Sequence record: OQ174500.1
Source of the DNA: Escherichia phage REP1
Length of the DNA: 64,000 nt
Direction: 5' to 3' (one strand)
The first letter of the stretch is position 1. Every line of letters starts with the position of its first letter. Below the pieces are notes generated by a model. The model did not search any database. It had not been told where the DNA came from and saw nothing but the letters and a program-made list of their open reading frames with translations. Shown here one piece after another: positions 47,144 through 57,383 of the stretch. The translations under genes were made by a program, and so were the position numbers.

Positions 47144-47617
47144 ATGATTACTATCGGTGAAATTAAGCGTGTATCGTCTGCATCTCGTTCTAAAGCTGCA
47201 GGTCGTCTAGTTGAAGTGGTAGGACTTCGTACTAATGGTACTGGTCGTGTTAAAGAAGTTAAAGTTCGAATCATTCCTAGTTCTGGAAAAACTGAAACTC
47301 AGTACGCTTACGTAAGTCCTAAATTTCTGGAAACTCGTGTTAGCTCTCATTTTGCTTCTGTTGAAGAAGTTGAATCCACTGAGTCTAATGCACAATTTAA
47401 ATGGGCGTTGTGTAAAGGCGTTGAATTTGTAACTGATGAAGAATTCGATTATATTGATGATTTCGCTGGTCCAAGTAAAACTGATAGGATGTGTGGCTTC
47501 ATCACAGACCAATGGGTTGAAGATGGTGAAAAGCTCTACAATATCGTATTCTTAGGTGACTTCCGGGTTGTTGAAGAATCTGAAATCACTCGTTATGCTT
47601 CTCCTCATAAAGCTTAA
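47144..47617 (+). CDS. hypothetical protein (DQW-EDG family, member 2 of 3)
   Basis: 157 aa from ATG 47144; ITDQWVEDGEKLYNIVFLGDFRVV. Confidence 0.55.
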   Translation: MITIGEIKRVSSASRSKAAGRLVEVVGLRTNGTGRVKEVKVRIIPSSGKTETQYAYVSPKFLETRVSSHFASVEEVESTESNAQFKWALCKGVEFVTDEEFDYIDDFAGPSKTDRMCGFITDQWVEDGEKLYNIVFLGDFRVVEESEITRYASPHKA

Positions 47618-47626
47618 GGAATTATT

Positions 47627-48046
47627 ATGAATATTGTAAATCTCTCTACTGGTGATTACGTATATGTATCCGTTGCTTCTCGTTCTAAAGTTGCAGGAAA
47701 GCTGGTTGAAGTTCTTTCTGTAAGTGATCCAGTTTTTGGTCGTAACGAGGTTAAAGTTCGTGACGCTGATGGTAACATTGGTTATGTCTCAAGTCAGTTC
47801 ATTGAGCCAGAAGAAAGCGCATTTAAATGGAAACTTTGTTCTTCAGTTTTAGTTGTAAAAGACCATAAATTCACAATTGCGGCGGCAACAGATGGAACTC
47901 CATGGACAACGAATCAAGTCGCTGGTTTTATTTCGGACCGTTGGGTAGAAGATGGTGTCAAGCTCTACAATATTGTTTTTGCAGGCCAGTTCATGGTAGT
48001 TCCTGAATTCCAAATTAAAAAATGGTGCGAAGCAGCTTTAGCATAA
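47627..48046 (+). CDS. hypothetical protein (DQW-EDG family, member 3 of 3)
   Basis: 139 aa; ISDRWVEDGVKLYNIVFAGQFMVVP; N-terminal ASRSKVAGKLVEV shared with member 2. Confidence 0.55.
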   Translation: MNIVNLSTGDYVYVSVASRSKVAGKLVEVLSVSDPVFGRNEVKVRDADGNIGYVSSQFIEPEESAFKWKLCSSVLVVKDHKFTIAAATDGTPWTTNQVAGFISDRWVEDGVKLYNIVFAGQFMVVPEFQIKKWCEAALA

Positions 48047-48100
48047 ATTTGCATAAAGTTTAAAATTTTTCATAAAACTATATACATCAGTAGTTGATTA

Positions 48101-48109
48101 TGGTACTAT
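48101..48109 (+). promoter_or_regulatory. early-promoter-like extended -10 with conserved leader (no canonical -35)
   Basis: TGgTACTAT plus leader ...ATCAACTACTGATACAG...GGAGAATAAAATG. Confidence 0.4.
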
Positions 48110-48152
48110 ATCAATATCAACTACTGATACAGAAAACAACTTGGAGAATAAA

Positions 48153-48422
48153 ATGGAAAATTTAATTATCATCGAGCAATCTTTCAATGATTATGGTATG
48201 GCTTATGGTTATCGTGCGATAATGGAAGATTCTCGTGGATGTGTTATCGATATTGCTGAATGTAAAGATTTACTGCAGCTTTTGAAGATTGTTCGCAAAA
48301 ATTGGGATTGTGAAAATATTAAAGTTCGAGTTGTTACAGAAGAAGAAACTGTTTTTCATGATGTAAAATTTGCCAAAGGTGCTGCTACTCTTCTGAAACG
48401 CATCGCTCCACTGTTCAATTAA
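48153..48422 (+). CDS. hypothetical protein
   Basis: 89 aa from ATG 48153; track start 48141 is TTG. Confidence 0.5.
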   Translation: MENLIIIEQSFNDYGMAYGYRAIMEDSRGCVIDIAECKDLLQLLKIVRKNWDCENIKVRVVTEEETVFHDVKFAKGAATLLKRIAPLFN

Positions 48423-48435
48423 TGAGGAAATTGTA

Positions 48436-48651
48436 ATGAAACGTAAAATTGTTCAGAATTGCACTAATGACGAATTTGAAGATGTATTATTTGATCCAGA
48501 TTTGGTAGTGGTTCAAAAGGAACATACCGTTAAGTTTACTCACTTGACTTCGGTTTATGTGTATGAGAAAGTCGGTGATAAACAGCCAATTTACGGTGTA
48601 TTTCGTGAAATTACTGAAAACGGCACAACTTACTGGAAGGAAATTTATTAA
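48436..48651 (+). CDS. hypothetical small protein
   Basis: 71-codon ORF with GAGGAAATTG RBS. Confidence 0.5.
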   Translation: MKRKIVQNCTNDEFEDVLFDPDLVVVQKEHTVKFTHLTSVYVYEKVGDKQPIYGVFREITENGTTYWKEIY

Positions 48652-49064
48652 TGGCTATTAAATTTGAAGTTAATAAATGGTATCAATTTAAAAATAAACA
48701 AGCTCAAGAAAATTTTATTAAAGACCATACTGAAAACGGACTCTACGCACGACGTTTAGGTATGTATCCTTTTAAAATTTTAGATGTGGACGCTCTTGGG
48801 CGTCCAATTAAAATTTTGTCATCTACTGGAAATTTAGTACTATCTTCTGGTAAAGATGTTTTGGATGAAGACTTTATTTGGCTTTCAAAAAGTGAAGCTG
48901 GGTTCTTTGATGAAGTGGAAAATCCATATCAGGCAGCTGAAGAGCAGGAAGACCCTGCACCAGTAATTGACCCATCTGAGTTTCCTTTAATGAAAATTAC
49001 TATTGAAAATAATTACCAAGCATGGTCTTTATATCAGATGCTGAAAGCTCACTTTAAGGAATAA
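48651..49064 (+). CDS. hypothetical protein
   Basis: 137-codon ORF; TAATG overlap. Confidence 0.5.
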   Translation: MAIKFEVNKWYQFKNKQAQENFIKDHTENGLYARRLGMYPFKILDVDALGRPIKILSSTGNLVLSSGKDVLDEDFIWLSKSEAGFFDEVENPYQAAEEQEDPAPVIDPSEFPLMKITIENNYQAWSLYQMLKAHFKE

Positions 49065-49066
49065 TT

Positions 49067-49243
49067 ATGCCACTTTATGATTATAAATGTCAATTCAAAG
49101 ACTGTGCAAAAGAATACGAAAAAATCAAGAAAATTTCTGAAAGGGATACTGATGTATGTCCTGATTGTTATCGGCTGGCTGTTCGGTTAGTTTCCGCTCC
49201 TAAGCGTGTGAATGGCGGATTTTACGACTTGCTTAAAGGGTAA
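49067..49243 (+). CDS. FmdB-family zinc-ribbon small protein
   Basis: 58 aa; MPLYDYKCQFKDC...CPDC; not in the ORF track. Confidence 0.5.
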   Translation: MPLYDYKCQFKDCAKEYEKIKKISERDTDVCPDCYRLAVRLVSAPKRVNGGFYDLLKG

Positions 49244-49245
49244 TT

Positions 49246-49506
49246 ATGAAATATGTTAATCGTTCTATCGCAGCATTAGTATTAGCAGTATCTTTAGTAG
49301 GATGTACTGATGCTGATAATGCAACTAAAATTTTATCATCAAGTGGTTTTACTAATATTGAAATCACTGGATATAACTGGTTCGGTTGCTCTGAAAATGA
49401 TTTCCAACATACTGGATTTCGTGCTATTGGACCTACCGGGCAGAAAGTAGAAGGAACAGTATGTTCTGGGCTGTTCTTTAAGGATTCAACTATTCGTTTT
49501 AAATAA
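49246..49506 (+). CDS. predicted lipoprotein
   Basis: 86 aa; signal peptide with lipobox LVGC. Confidence 0.55.
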   Translation: MKYVNRSIAALVLAVSLVGCTDADNATKILSSSGFTNIEITGYNWFGCSENDFQHTGFRAIGPTGQKVEGTVCSGLFFKDSTIRFK

Positions 49507-49508
49507 AA

Positions 49509-49525
49509 GGCCTTCGGGCCTTTAG
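49509..49525 (+). terminator. UUCG-tetraloop hairpin
   Basis: ggcc-ttcg-ggcc then ttt. Confidence 0.5.
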
Positions 49526-49575
49526 CTTTATGATTACTGGAGTATAATATTCCCGAAACCAAACGAGGATAAGTG

Positions 49576-51393
49576 ATGATTAAGAATGAAATTAAAATTC
49601 TGAGCGATATTGAACATATCAAAAAGCGTAGCGGCATGTACATTGGCTCTTCAGCTAATGAAATGCATGAGCGCTTTCTGTTTGGTAAATGGGAAAGTGT
49701 TCAGTATGTACCTGGTCTTGTTAAGCTTATTGATGAAATTATCGATAACTCAGTAGATGAAGGTATTCGTACTAAGTTTAAATTCGCGAATAAAATTAAT
49801 GTTACCATTAAAAATAATCAGGTAACAGTTGAAGATAATGGTCGCGGTATTCCACAAGCGATGGTTAAAACACCTACCGGTGAAGAAATTCCTGGTCCAG
49901 TTGCTGCTTGGACTATTCCAAAAGCAGGTGGTAACTTCGGTGATGATAAAGAACGCGTCACTGGTGGTATGAATGGTGTTGGTTCTAGTTTGACAAACAT
50001 TTTTTCTGTGATGTTTGTCGGTGAAACTGGCGATGGTCAAAATAATATTGTAGTTCGTTGTTCAAATGGCATGGAAAATAAATCATGGGAAGATATTCCT
50101 GGAAAATGGAAAGGAACCCGTGTTACTTTCATTCCTGATTTTATGTCATTTGAAACTAATGAGCTGTCCCAAGTTTATCTTGACATTACACTAGATCGTC
50201 TCCAAACACTTGCTGTTGTTTATCCTGATATTCAATTTACCTTTAATGGTAAAAAGGTTCAGGGTAATTTTAAGAAATACGCACGCCAATATGATGAACA
50301 TGCTATCGTTCAAGAACAAGAAAATTGTTCTATTGCGGTTGGTCGTTCACCGGATGGATTTCGTCAGTTAACTTATGTGAATAACATTCACACTAAGAAT
50401 GGTGGCCATCATATTGACTGTGTTATGGATGATATTTGTGAAGACCTTATTCCACAAATCAAACGTAAGTTCAAAATTGATGTAACTAAAGCACGCGTTA
50501 AAGAATGTTTGACTATCGTTATGTTTGTTCGTGATATGAAAAACATGCGATTTGATTCTCAAACTAAAGAGCGTTTGACTTCTCCATTTGGCGAAATTCG
50601 TAGTCATATTCAACTTGATGCTAAAAAGATTTCACGTGCTATTCTAAATAATGAAGCAATTCTAATGCCAATTATTGAAGCAGCATTAGCTCGTAAATTG
50701 GCAGCAGAAAAAGCAGCAGAAACTAAAGCAGCTAAAAAGGCTTCTAAAGCTAAGGTTCATAAACATATTAAAGCGAATCTTTGCGGTAAAGATGCTGACA
50801 CTACTCTTTTCTTGACTGAAGGTGATTCTGCTATCGGATATCTTATTGATGTTCGTGATAAAGAACTTCATGGTGGTTATCCATTACGTGGTAAAGTTCT
50901 TAATAGTTGGGGTATGTCATATGCTGATATGCTTAAAAACAAAGAACTATTTGATATTTGCGCAATCACTGGATTAGTTCTTGGTGAAAAGGCTGAAAAC
51001 TTGAATTATCATAATATTGCTATTATGACCGATGCTGACCATGATGGTCTAGGAAGCATTTATCCTTCTCTGCTCGGATTTTTTAGTAATTGGCCAGAAT
51101 TGTTTGAGCAAGGACGAATTCGCTTTGTCAAAACTCCTGTAATCATCGCTCAGGTCGGTAAAAAACAAGAATGGTTTTATACAGTCGCTGAATATGAGAG
51201 TGCCAAAGATGCTCTACCTAAACATAGCATCCGTTATATTAAAGGACTTGGCTCTTTGGAAAAATCTGAATATCGTGAGATGATTCAAAACCCAGTATAT
51301 GATGTTGTTAAACTTCCTGAGAACTGGAAAGAGCTTTTTGAAATGCTCATGGGGGATAATGCTGACCTTCGTAAAGAATGGATGAGCCAGTAG
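49576..51393 (+). CDS. 39: DNA topoisomerase II large (ATPase, GyrB-like) subunit, unsplit
   Basis: 605 aa from ATG 49576; GHKL ATPase and TOPRIM-like motifs; a single ORF covers both the 39 and 60 portions. Confidence 0.85.
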   Translation: MIKNEIKILSDIEHIKKRSGMYIGSSANEMHERFLFGKWESVQYVPGLVKLIDEIIDNSVDEGIRTKFKFANKINVTIKNNQVTVEDNGRGIPQAMVKTPTGEEIPGPVAAWTIPKAGGNFGDDKERVTGGMNGVGSSLTNIFSVMFVGETGDGQNNIVVRCSNGMENKSWEDIPGKWKGTRVTFIPDFMSFETNELSQVYLDITLDRLQTLAVVYPDIQFTFNGKKVQGNFKKYARQYDEHAIVQEQENCSIAVGRSPDGFRQLTYVNNIHTKNGGHHIDCVMDDICEDLIPQIKRKFKIDVTKARVKECLTIVMFVRDMKNMRFDSQTKERLTSPFGEIRSHIQLDAKKISRAILNNEAILMPIIEAALARKLAAEKAAETKAAKKASKAKVHKHIKANLCGKDADTTLFLTEGDSAIGYLIDVRDKELHGGYPLRGKVLNSWGMSYADMLKNKELFDICAITGLVLGEKAENLNYHNIAIMTDADHDGLGSIYPSLLGFFSNWPELFEQGRIRFVKTPVIIAQVGKKQEWFYTVAEYESAKDALPKHSIRYIKGLGSLEKSEYREMIQNPVYDVVKLPENWKELFEMLMGDNADLRKEWMSQ

Positions 51394-51422
51394 TTTACTT
51401 TACCACAAGGATGTGGTATAAT
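51393..51422 (+). promoter_or_regulatory. T4-type early promoter
   Basis: GTTTAC, 18 bp, GTGGTATAAT; near-identical to the element at 5544. Confidence 0.6.
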
Positions 51423-51447
51423 TAATTGGGCAAATGAGGATATTGAA

Positions 51448-51651
51448 ATGAAATCATATAAAGTAAATTTAGAACTTTTTGATAAAGCAGTTCATCGAGA
51501 ATATAGAATCATTCAACGCTTTTTCGATATGGGAGAAGCCGAAGAATTTAAAAACCGCTTTAAAGATATTAGAGATAAAATTCAATCCGACACCGCAACT
51601 AAAGATGAACTACTAGAAGTTGCTGAAGTTATTAAGCGTAATATGAATTAA
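51448..51651 (+). CDS. hypothetical small protein (rIIA.1 position)
   Basis: 67-codon ORF with GAGGATATTGAA RBS. Confidence 0.5.
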   Translation: MKSYKVNLELFDKAVHREYRIIQRFFDMGEAEEFKNRFKDIRDKIQSDTATKDELLEVAEVIKRNMN

Positions 51652-51661
51652 TGAGGAAATT

Positions 51662-53839
51662 ATGATTATCACCACTGAAAAAGAAACAATTCTTGGTAAT
51701 GGTTCTAAATCAAAAGCATTTAGCATCACAGCATCTCCTAAAGTATTTAAAATTCTGTCATCTGATTTGTATACAAACAAAATTCGCGCAGTTGTTCGTG
51801 AATTGATTACCAACATGATTGATGCCCATGCTCTCAATGGAAATCCTGAAAAATTTATCATACAAGTTCCTGGACGTTTAGATCCACGATTTGTTTGCCG
51901 AGATTTTGGTCCGGGTATGAGCGATTTTGATATTCAGGGTGATGATAATTCTCCTGGTCTGTATAATTCATACTTCAGTTCATCTAAGGCTGAATCTAAC
52001 GATTTCATTGGCGGATTTGGTTTAGGTTCTAAATCTCCGTTTAGTTATACTGATACGTTTAGTATTACTTCGTATCATAAAGGTGAAATTCGTGGTTATG
52101 TAGCTTACATGGATGGTGATGGCCCACAGATTAAACCTACATTCGTAAAAGAAATGGGTCCAGATGATAAAACTGGTATTGAAATCGTAGTTCCAGTTGA
52201 AGAAAAAGACTTTAGAAACTTTGCTTATGAAGTTTCTTATATCATGCGACCGTTCAAAGATTTGGCTATCATTAATGGTCTTGACCGCGAAATTGATTAT
52301 TTTCCTGATTTTGATGATTATTATGGTGTAAATCCAGAAAGATACTGGCCTGATCGTGGTGGATTATATGCTATCTATGGCGGTATTGTTTATCCTATCG
52401 ATGGTGTTATTAGAGACCGTAACTGGCTAAGCATTCGCAATGAAGTGAATTACATTAAGTTTCCAATGGGTTCACTTGATATTGCTCCATCTCGCGAGGC
52501 TCTTTCACTAGATGATCGCACTCGTAAAAATATCATTGAACGAGTTAAAGAACTCAGTGAGAAAGCATTTAATGAAGATGTAAAACGATTTAAAGAATCT
52601 ACATCTCCTCGTCACACATATCGCGAATTAATGAAGATGGGGTATTCTGCTCGAGATTATATGATTAGTAATTCAGTCAAATTCACGACTAAAAATCTGT
52701 CATATAAAAAGATGCAGAGCATGTTTGAACCTGACAGTAAGTTATGCAATGCAGGAGTTGTGTATGAAGTAAATCTTGACCCTCGACTGAAACGCATTAA
52801 GCAAAGTCATGAAACTTCAGCCGTTGCATCAAGTTATCGTCTGTTTGGTATTAATACAACAAAAATTAATATCGTTATTGATAATATTAAAAATCGTGTT
52901 AATATTGTTCGTGGATTAGCACGTGCGTTAGATGATAGTGAATTTAATAACACTTTGAATATTCATCATAACGAACGCCTTTTGTTTATTAACCCAGAAA
53001 TAGAATCGCAGATTGATTTACTTCCTGATATTATGGCGATGTTTGAAAGTGATGAAGTTAACATTCATTATTTGTCAGAAATTGAAGCTTTAGTAAAAAG
53101 TTATATTCCAAAGGTAGTTAAAAGTAAAGCTCCTCGTCCTAAAGCTGCTACAGCATTTAAGTTTGAAATTAAAGATGGGCGTTGGGAAAAAGAGGAATTA
53201 TTTACACTTACGTCAGAAGCAGATGAAATTACTGGTTATGTAGCGTATATGCATCGTTCTGATATTTTCTCTATGGATGGTACTACATCACTTTGTCATC
53301 CATCTATGAATATTTTGATTCGTATGGCTAATCTTATTGGCATTAATGAATTTTATGTTATTCGTCCGCTTTTACAGAAAAAGGTAAAAGAACTCGGTCA
53401 GTGCCAATGTATTTTTGAAGCTTTGCGTGATTTATATGTAGATGCTTTTGATGATGTAGATTATGATAAGTATGTAGGTTATTCAAGTTCAGCTCAACGA
53501 TATATTGATAAAATTATCAAGTATCCTGAACTAGATTTTATGATGAAGTACTTCAGTACAGATGAAGTTTCTGAAGAATATACACGACTTGGTAATATGG
53601 TTAGTTCATTACGCGGTGTGTATTTCAATGGTGGAAAAGATACCATCGGTCATGATATCTGGACAGTAACTAATCTCTTTGATGAATTATCACGTAATGC
53701 TTCAAAAAATAGTGATAAAATGGTTGCTGAGTTTACCAAGAAATTCCGTATTGTTTCCGACTTCATCGGTTATCGCAACTCTTTAAGTGATGATGAAGTT
53801 TCCCAAATCGCTAAAACTATGAAGGCCCTTGCGGCCTAA
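51662..53839 (+). CDS. rIIA: rIIA protein
   Basis: 725 aa; N-terminal GHKL-like ATPase motifs; size and position. Confidence 0.9.
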   Translation: MIITTEKETILGNGSKSKAFSITASPKVFKILSSDLYTNKIRAVVRELITNMIDAHALNGNPEKFIIQVPGRLDPRFVCRDFGPGMSDFDIQGDDNSPGLYNSYFSSSKAESNDFIGGFGLGSKSPFSYTDTFSITSYHKGEIRGYVAYMDGDGPQIKPTFVKEMGPDDKTGIEIVVPVEEKDFRNFAYEVSYIMRPFKDLAIINGLDREIDYFPDFDDYYGVNPERYWPDRGGLYAIYGGIVYPIDGVIRDRNWLSIRNEVNYIKFPMGSLDIAPSREALSLDDRTRKNIIERVKELSEKAFNEDVKRFKESTSPRHTYRELMKMGYSARDYMISNSVKFTTKNLSYKKMQSMFEPDSKLCNAGVVYEVNLDPRLKRIKQSHETSAVASSYRLFGINTTKINIVIDNIKNRVNIVRGLARALDDSEFNNTLNIHHNERLLFINPEIESQIDLLPDIMAMFESDEVNIHYLSEIEALVKSYIPKVVKSKAPRPKAATAFKFEIKDGRWEKEELFTLTSEADEITGYVAYMHRSDIFSMDGTTSLCHPSMNILIRMANLIGINEFYVIRPLLQKKVKELGQCQCIFEALRDLYVDAFDDVDYDKYVGYSSSAQRYIDKIIKYPELDFMMKYFSTDEVSEEYTRLGNMVSSLRGVYFNGGKDTIGHDIWTVTNLFDELSRNASKNSDKMVAEFTKKFRIVSDFIGYRNSLSDDEVSQIAKTMKALAA

Positions 53840-53850
53840 TAAGGAAAATT

Positions 53851-54789
53851 ATGTACAATATTAAATGCCTGACCAAAAACGAACAAGCTGAAATTGTTAA
53901 GCTGTATTCAAGTGGTAATTACACCCAACAGGAATTGGCTGATTGGCAAGGTGTATCGGTTGACACAATTCGTCGTGTTTTGAAAAATGCTGAAGAAGCT
54001 AAACGCTCTAAAGTTACTATTAGCGGTGATATTACAATTAAAGTTAATAGCGATGCAGTTATTGCTCCAGTTGCTAAATCTGACATTATTTGGAATGCAT
54101 CTAAAAAATTCATTTCAATTACTGTTGACGGTGTAACTTATAACGCAACTCCTAATACTCATTCAAACTTCCAGGAAATTCTTAATCTGCTTGTAGCAGA
54201 TAAGTTGGAAGAAGCGGCACAAAAAATTAATGTTCGTCGCGCTGTTGAAAAATATATTTCCGGCGATGTTCGAATTGAAGGCGGAAGCTTGTTCTATCAA
54301 AATATCGAATTACGGTCTGGTTTAGTTGATCGTATTCTCGATTCGATGGAAAAAGGTGAAAACTTTGAATTTTATTTTCCGTTCTTGGAAAATCTGCTGG
54401 AAAACCCAAGCCAGAAAGCGGTATCTCGACTCTTTGATTTCTTGGTAGCAAACGATATTGAAATTACAGAAGATGGTTACTTCTATGCTTGGAAAGTAGT
54501 TCGTGACAACTACTTTGACTGTCACTCAAACACCTTTGATAACAGTCCTGGTAAAGTAGTTAAAATGCCGCGTACTCGTGTGAATGACGATGATACACAA
54601 ACTTGTTCTCGTGGTCTGCATGTATGTTCTAAATCTTATATTCGTCACTTTGGCAGTTCAACCAGCCGAGTTGTAAAAGTTAAAGTACATCCACGTGATG
54701 TAGTATCAATTCCGATTGATTACAACGATGCTAAAATGCGTACCTGCCAATACGAAGTAGTTGAAGACGTTACTGAACAATTTAAATAA
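53851..54789 (+). CDS. rIIB: rIIB protein
   Basis: 312 aa; N-terminus MYNIKCLTKNEQAEIVKLY matches the classic rIIB start. Confidence 0.92.
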   Translation: MYNIKCLTKNEQAEIVKLYSSGNYTQQELADWQGVSVDTIRRVLKNAEEAKRSKVTISGDITIKVNSDAVIAPVAKSDIIWNASKKFISITVDGVTYNATPNTHSNFQEILNLLVADKLEEAAQKINVRRAVEKYISGDVRIEGGSLFYQNIELRSGLVDRILDSMEKGENFEFYFPFLENLLENPSQKAVSRLFDFLVANDIEITEDGYFYAWKVVRDNYFDCHSNTFDNSPGKVVKMPRTRVNDDDTQTCSRGLHVCSKSYIRHFGSSTSRVVKVKVHPRDVVSIPIDYNDAKMRTCQYEVVEDVTEQFK

Positions 54790-54806
54790 GGGCTTCGGCC
54801 CTTATC
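54789..54806 (+). terminator. UUCG-tetraloop hairpin
   Basis: agggc-ttcg-gccct overlapping the rIIB stop. Confidence 0.5.
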
Positions 54807-54821
54807 ATATTAAGGAAAATT

Positions 54822-55016
54822 ATGTTAGGTTATCAAGCACGAGTAAAAGAAGAATACGATCAATTAATGCTCAAAATTAATGCACTGAGCAAATTTTTAG
54901 AAAGCGCAAAGTTTCTAACAGTTAACGCAGTTGAGCAAGAACTGCTACTTTCGCAGTTCATCTCAATGAAATCTTATGCTGAGTGTCTAGAGAAAAGAAT
55001 CGCACAATTCAAATAA
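54822..55016 (+). CDS. hypothetical small protein
   Basis: 64-codon ORF flanked by two UUCG hairpins. Confidence 0.5.
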   Translation: MLGYQARVKEEYDQLMLKINALSKFLESAKFLTVNAVEQELLLSQFISMKSYAECLEKRIAQFK

Positions 55017-55020
55017 AATA

Positions 55021-55040
55021 AGGGCTTCGGCCCTTTTGTT
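55021..55040 (+). terminator. UUCG-tetraloop hairpin with T-run
   Basis: agggc-ttcg-gccct then tttgtttt. Confidence 0.55.
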
Positions 55041-55079
55041 TTAAGAGAAATTATGATTCCGACATAAAGGAAAGTTTAA

Positions 55080-55637
55080 ATGCAGAAAACGAATCCGGGT
55101 TTACAGAGACTATTTCAGATTCCGACATTTACCCTATCGAACAGTGACTTGACTAGTGAAATGAAGGTCAAAATTGCTGATACAGCAAGATACTCTTTAA
55201 AACAAAACCCGAACCAGGATAAAGCAGAAGTTATCGAAAGATGCCGTATCGCTGTGTACGCAGAGTTTTTTGTGGCAGATTGGCTAAGCGGATATGTCAA
55301 TAAAGGCCAAGAAAATGTCGATGATCCGTACACGTATGCATGGGATGTTTTAGCGCATCCAAAATATTGCGGGCTTCGTGTAGAAGTCAAAACACATCAA
55401 ACTGACTCGCGTTGGATTTCGGTAACAACGGGATGCAGCGGAGAGTATCCATATGGTTCTGGAATAAATTTAGGGCCCATTCTAAATCATCAAGTCGCTG
55501 ACTGTATAATTATATTCAACACTAAAGAAATTCATCCAGGTGTCATCCAGTACACTCCGAAGTTCATCGGTGACAGAGAAGACCTTCGTAAGGTTGTAAG
55601 AAAAAGCAACTACAACGGATGGTATCTTTCCATTTAA
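55080..55637 (+). CDS. denB: endonuclease IV (DenB)
   Basis: 185 aa; size and position after rIIB. Confidence 0.6.
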   Translation: MQKTNPGLQRLFQIPTFTLSNSDLTSEMKVKIADTARYSLKQNPNQDKAEVIERCRIAVYAEFFVADWLSGYVNKGQENVDDPYTYAWDVLAHPKYCGLRVEVKTHQTDSRWISVTTGCSGEYPYGSGINLGPILNHQVADCIIIFNTKEIHPGVIQYTPKFIGDREDLRKVVRKSNYNGWYLSI

Positions 55638-55655
55638 AAATTTTTTCACAAAACG

Positions 55656-55685
55656 GTTTACATACCACAAGGACCGTGGTACTAT
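55656..55685 (+). promoter_or_regulatory. T4-type early promoter
   Basis: GTTTAC, 18 bp, TGgTACTAT, conserved leader. Confidence 0.6.
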
Positions 55686-55722
55686 ACAACTATCAACTAC
55701 TGATACGGATTTGGAGAATAAA

Positions 55723-55986
55723 ATGAAATTTAAATTTTATTACGCTAAACATAAAATAACTGATGAGTTTGTGTCAGTTGAATATTCGAGCGATGATGAA
55801 GGCATGATTTATACTCGCTTAGGATTATCGCATTGGGAGTCTGATCAGCCTTATTTTTCAACTCCTGAAGAAATTACACGCTTAGTTAATGGTCATATGA
55901 ATGACCACTGGAATGTAATTCTTTCAGATAGTCTTAAAGAGGCTATTAATAGTAATGAAATGAAAATCGCTGAGATTGAGCTATGA
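55723..55986 (+). CDS. hypothetical protein
   Basis: 87 aa from ATG 55723; track start 55711 is TTG. Confidence 0.5.
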   Translation: MKFKFYYAKHKITDEFVSVEYSSDDEGMIYTRLGLSHWESDQPYFSTPEEITRLVNGHMNDHWNVILSDSLKEAINSNEMKIAEIEL

Positions 55987-56171
55987 GTTCACTATGGTGG
56001 TGTTTCGTTTGGTTAATTAGTATTCCATTAATTTGTTTAACATTTACTTTTGTAATGAGGTTATTATGAAAATTTTGAATTCTGTACTTATTGCTTGCGC
56101 GTGGTGGGTTGCACAGGTTTCAGCGGTAGTAGTTGGTATTCACATTTATTACGAATATTTTTAAAAAAGTT

Positions 56172-56201
56172 GTTTACAAGACTGTTCTTCCGTGGTACTA
56201 T
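56172..56201 (+). promoter_or_regulatory. T4-type early promoter
   Basis: GTTTAC, 18 bp, TGgTACTAT; leader as at 2567. Confidence 0.55.
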
Positions 56202-56229
56202 TACCCTATCAACTACGGAGGAACAGAAA

Positions 56230-56343
56230 ATGAAAAAGATTATTAAAGCTATATGGAATGTAGTTATAATACTAATAGTTTTGAGTATATTCCCAATCGT
56301 TTTAATGATTGATGTATTAAACGTTTACTTTGGATTTATGTGA
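56230..56343 (+). CDS. micro membrane peptide
   Basis: 37 aa, single hydrophobic helix; GGAGGAACAG RBS. Confidence 0.4.
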   Translation: MKKIIKAIWNVVIILIVLSIFPIVLMIDVLNVYFGFM

Positions 56344-56350
56344 GGAAAAT

Positions 56351-56548
56351 ATGAAGCGTAAACGCAGTGCTTTTACATTTATTGAATGGTTTTTCGATAA
56401 TATTTTTCCGGCTTTATTCATTTTCATGCTGATTTTTGCCTTAGGTTCAGTTGTAGTTGGAATCTATTTGATGACAGTAGTCGGAATTGATATTCATCAA
56501 AATGGTTTAAAATCCGTGGTTGAAACAATTTGGAACGGTGTAAAATGA
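56351..56548 (+). CDS. small membrane protein
   Basis: 65 aa from ATG 56351, two hydrophobic segments; GAGGAAAAT RBS. Confidence 0.5.
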   Translation: MKRKRSAFTFIEWFFDNIFPALFIFMLIFALGSVVVGIYLMTVVGIDIHQNGLKSVVETIWNGVK

Positions 56549-56655
56549 TGAATTTGTTGAGCGGTTGGTTTTATATTCTTATGTTTTACATTGGTGCAAA
56601 TTTTCCATATTGGATGGGATGGTCAACAACTGCATTCGGATTTTATACTCCTTGA
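56545..56655 (+). CDS. micro membrane peptide
   Basis: 36 aa hydrophobic/aromatic; ATGA overlap upstream. Confidence 0.35.
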   Translation: MMNLLSGWFYILMFYIGANFPYWMGWSTTAFGFYTP

Positions 56656-56663
56656 GGTAAATT

Positions 56664-56879
56664 ATGAAAAGTTTTAAAGATGTAAAAGTTGGTGAAATTT
56701 TTTGTTTAGATAACGGTGATCAGTTAATTCGTATTTCACCTCTTAAGAGCACCAGCGAGAAAATGACAGTTAACGCTACTTTAGCAAATAACAGTAATGA
56801 ACGTTTCTGTATTGAAAATGATACTGAAACTTACACCGTAGAAGAATTCTGGGAATTGAGCGTCGACTGCGACGATTAA
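56664..56879 (+). CDS. hypothetical small protein
   Basis: 71-codon ORF. Confidence 0.5.
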   Translation: MKSFKDVKVGEIFCLDNGDQLIRISPLKSTSEKMTVNATLANNSNERFCIENDTETYTVEEFWELSVDCDD

Positions 56880-56939
56880 TTTAATGGCCGTGTGTATTCA
56901 TGCGGCCTTGGAGTAGAAAATAATTTAGAGGAAATTAAT

Positions 56940-57383
56940 ATGAAATACATGACTGTTACTGATCTGAATGATGCAGGCGCTACTGTTATTGGTACAATCA
57001 AGGGTGGTGAGTGGTTTTTGGGAACTCCGCATAAAGATATTTTATCTAAACCTGGATTTTACTTTTTAGTAAGTGAATTCGATGGTTCATGCGTATCTGC
57101 ACGATTTTATGTAGGTAATCAGCGTTCTAAGCAAGGATTCAGTGCAGTTCTAAGTCATATTCGTCAACGCCGGTCTCAACTTGCGCGTACTATTGCAAAT
57201 AACAATATGGTATACGCAGTGTTTTATCTGCCTGCTTCTAAGATGAAACCTCTGACGACGGGATTTGGAAAAGGTCAGTTAGCTTTGGCGTTTACTCGTA
57301 ATCATCATTCTGAGTATCAAACACTTGAAGAAATGAACCGTATGTTGGCTGATAACTTTAAATTCGTTTTGCAGGCATATTAA
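56940..57383 (+). CDS. ndd: nucleoid disruption protein
   Basis: 147 aa from ATG 56940 ([30 protein letters not shown]...), closely matches recalled T4 Ndd. Confidence 0.8.
   Translation: MKYMTVTDLNDAGATVIGTIKGGEWFLGTPHKDILSKPGFYFLVSEFDGSCVSARFYVGNQRSKQGFSAVLSHIRQRRSQLARTIANNNMVYAVFYLPASKMKPLTTGFGKGQLALAFTRNHHSEYQTLEEMNRMLADNFKFVLQAY

Noticed and set aside
49576-51393. Gene 60-type translational bypass (50-nt coding gap) in the topoisomerase gene
   Set aside because: The ORF is continuous with no internal stop or frame break.
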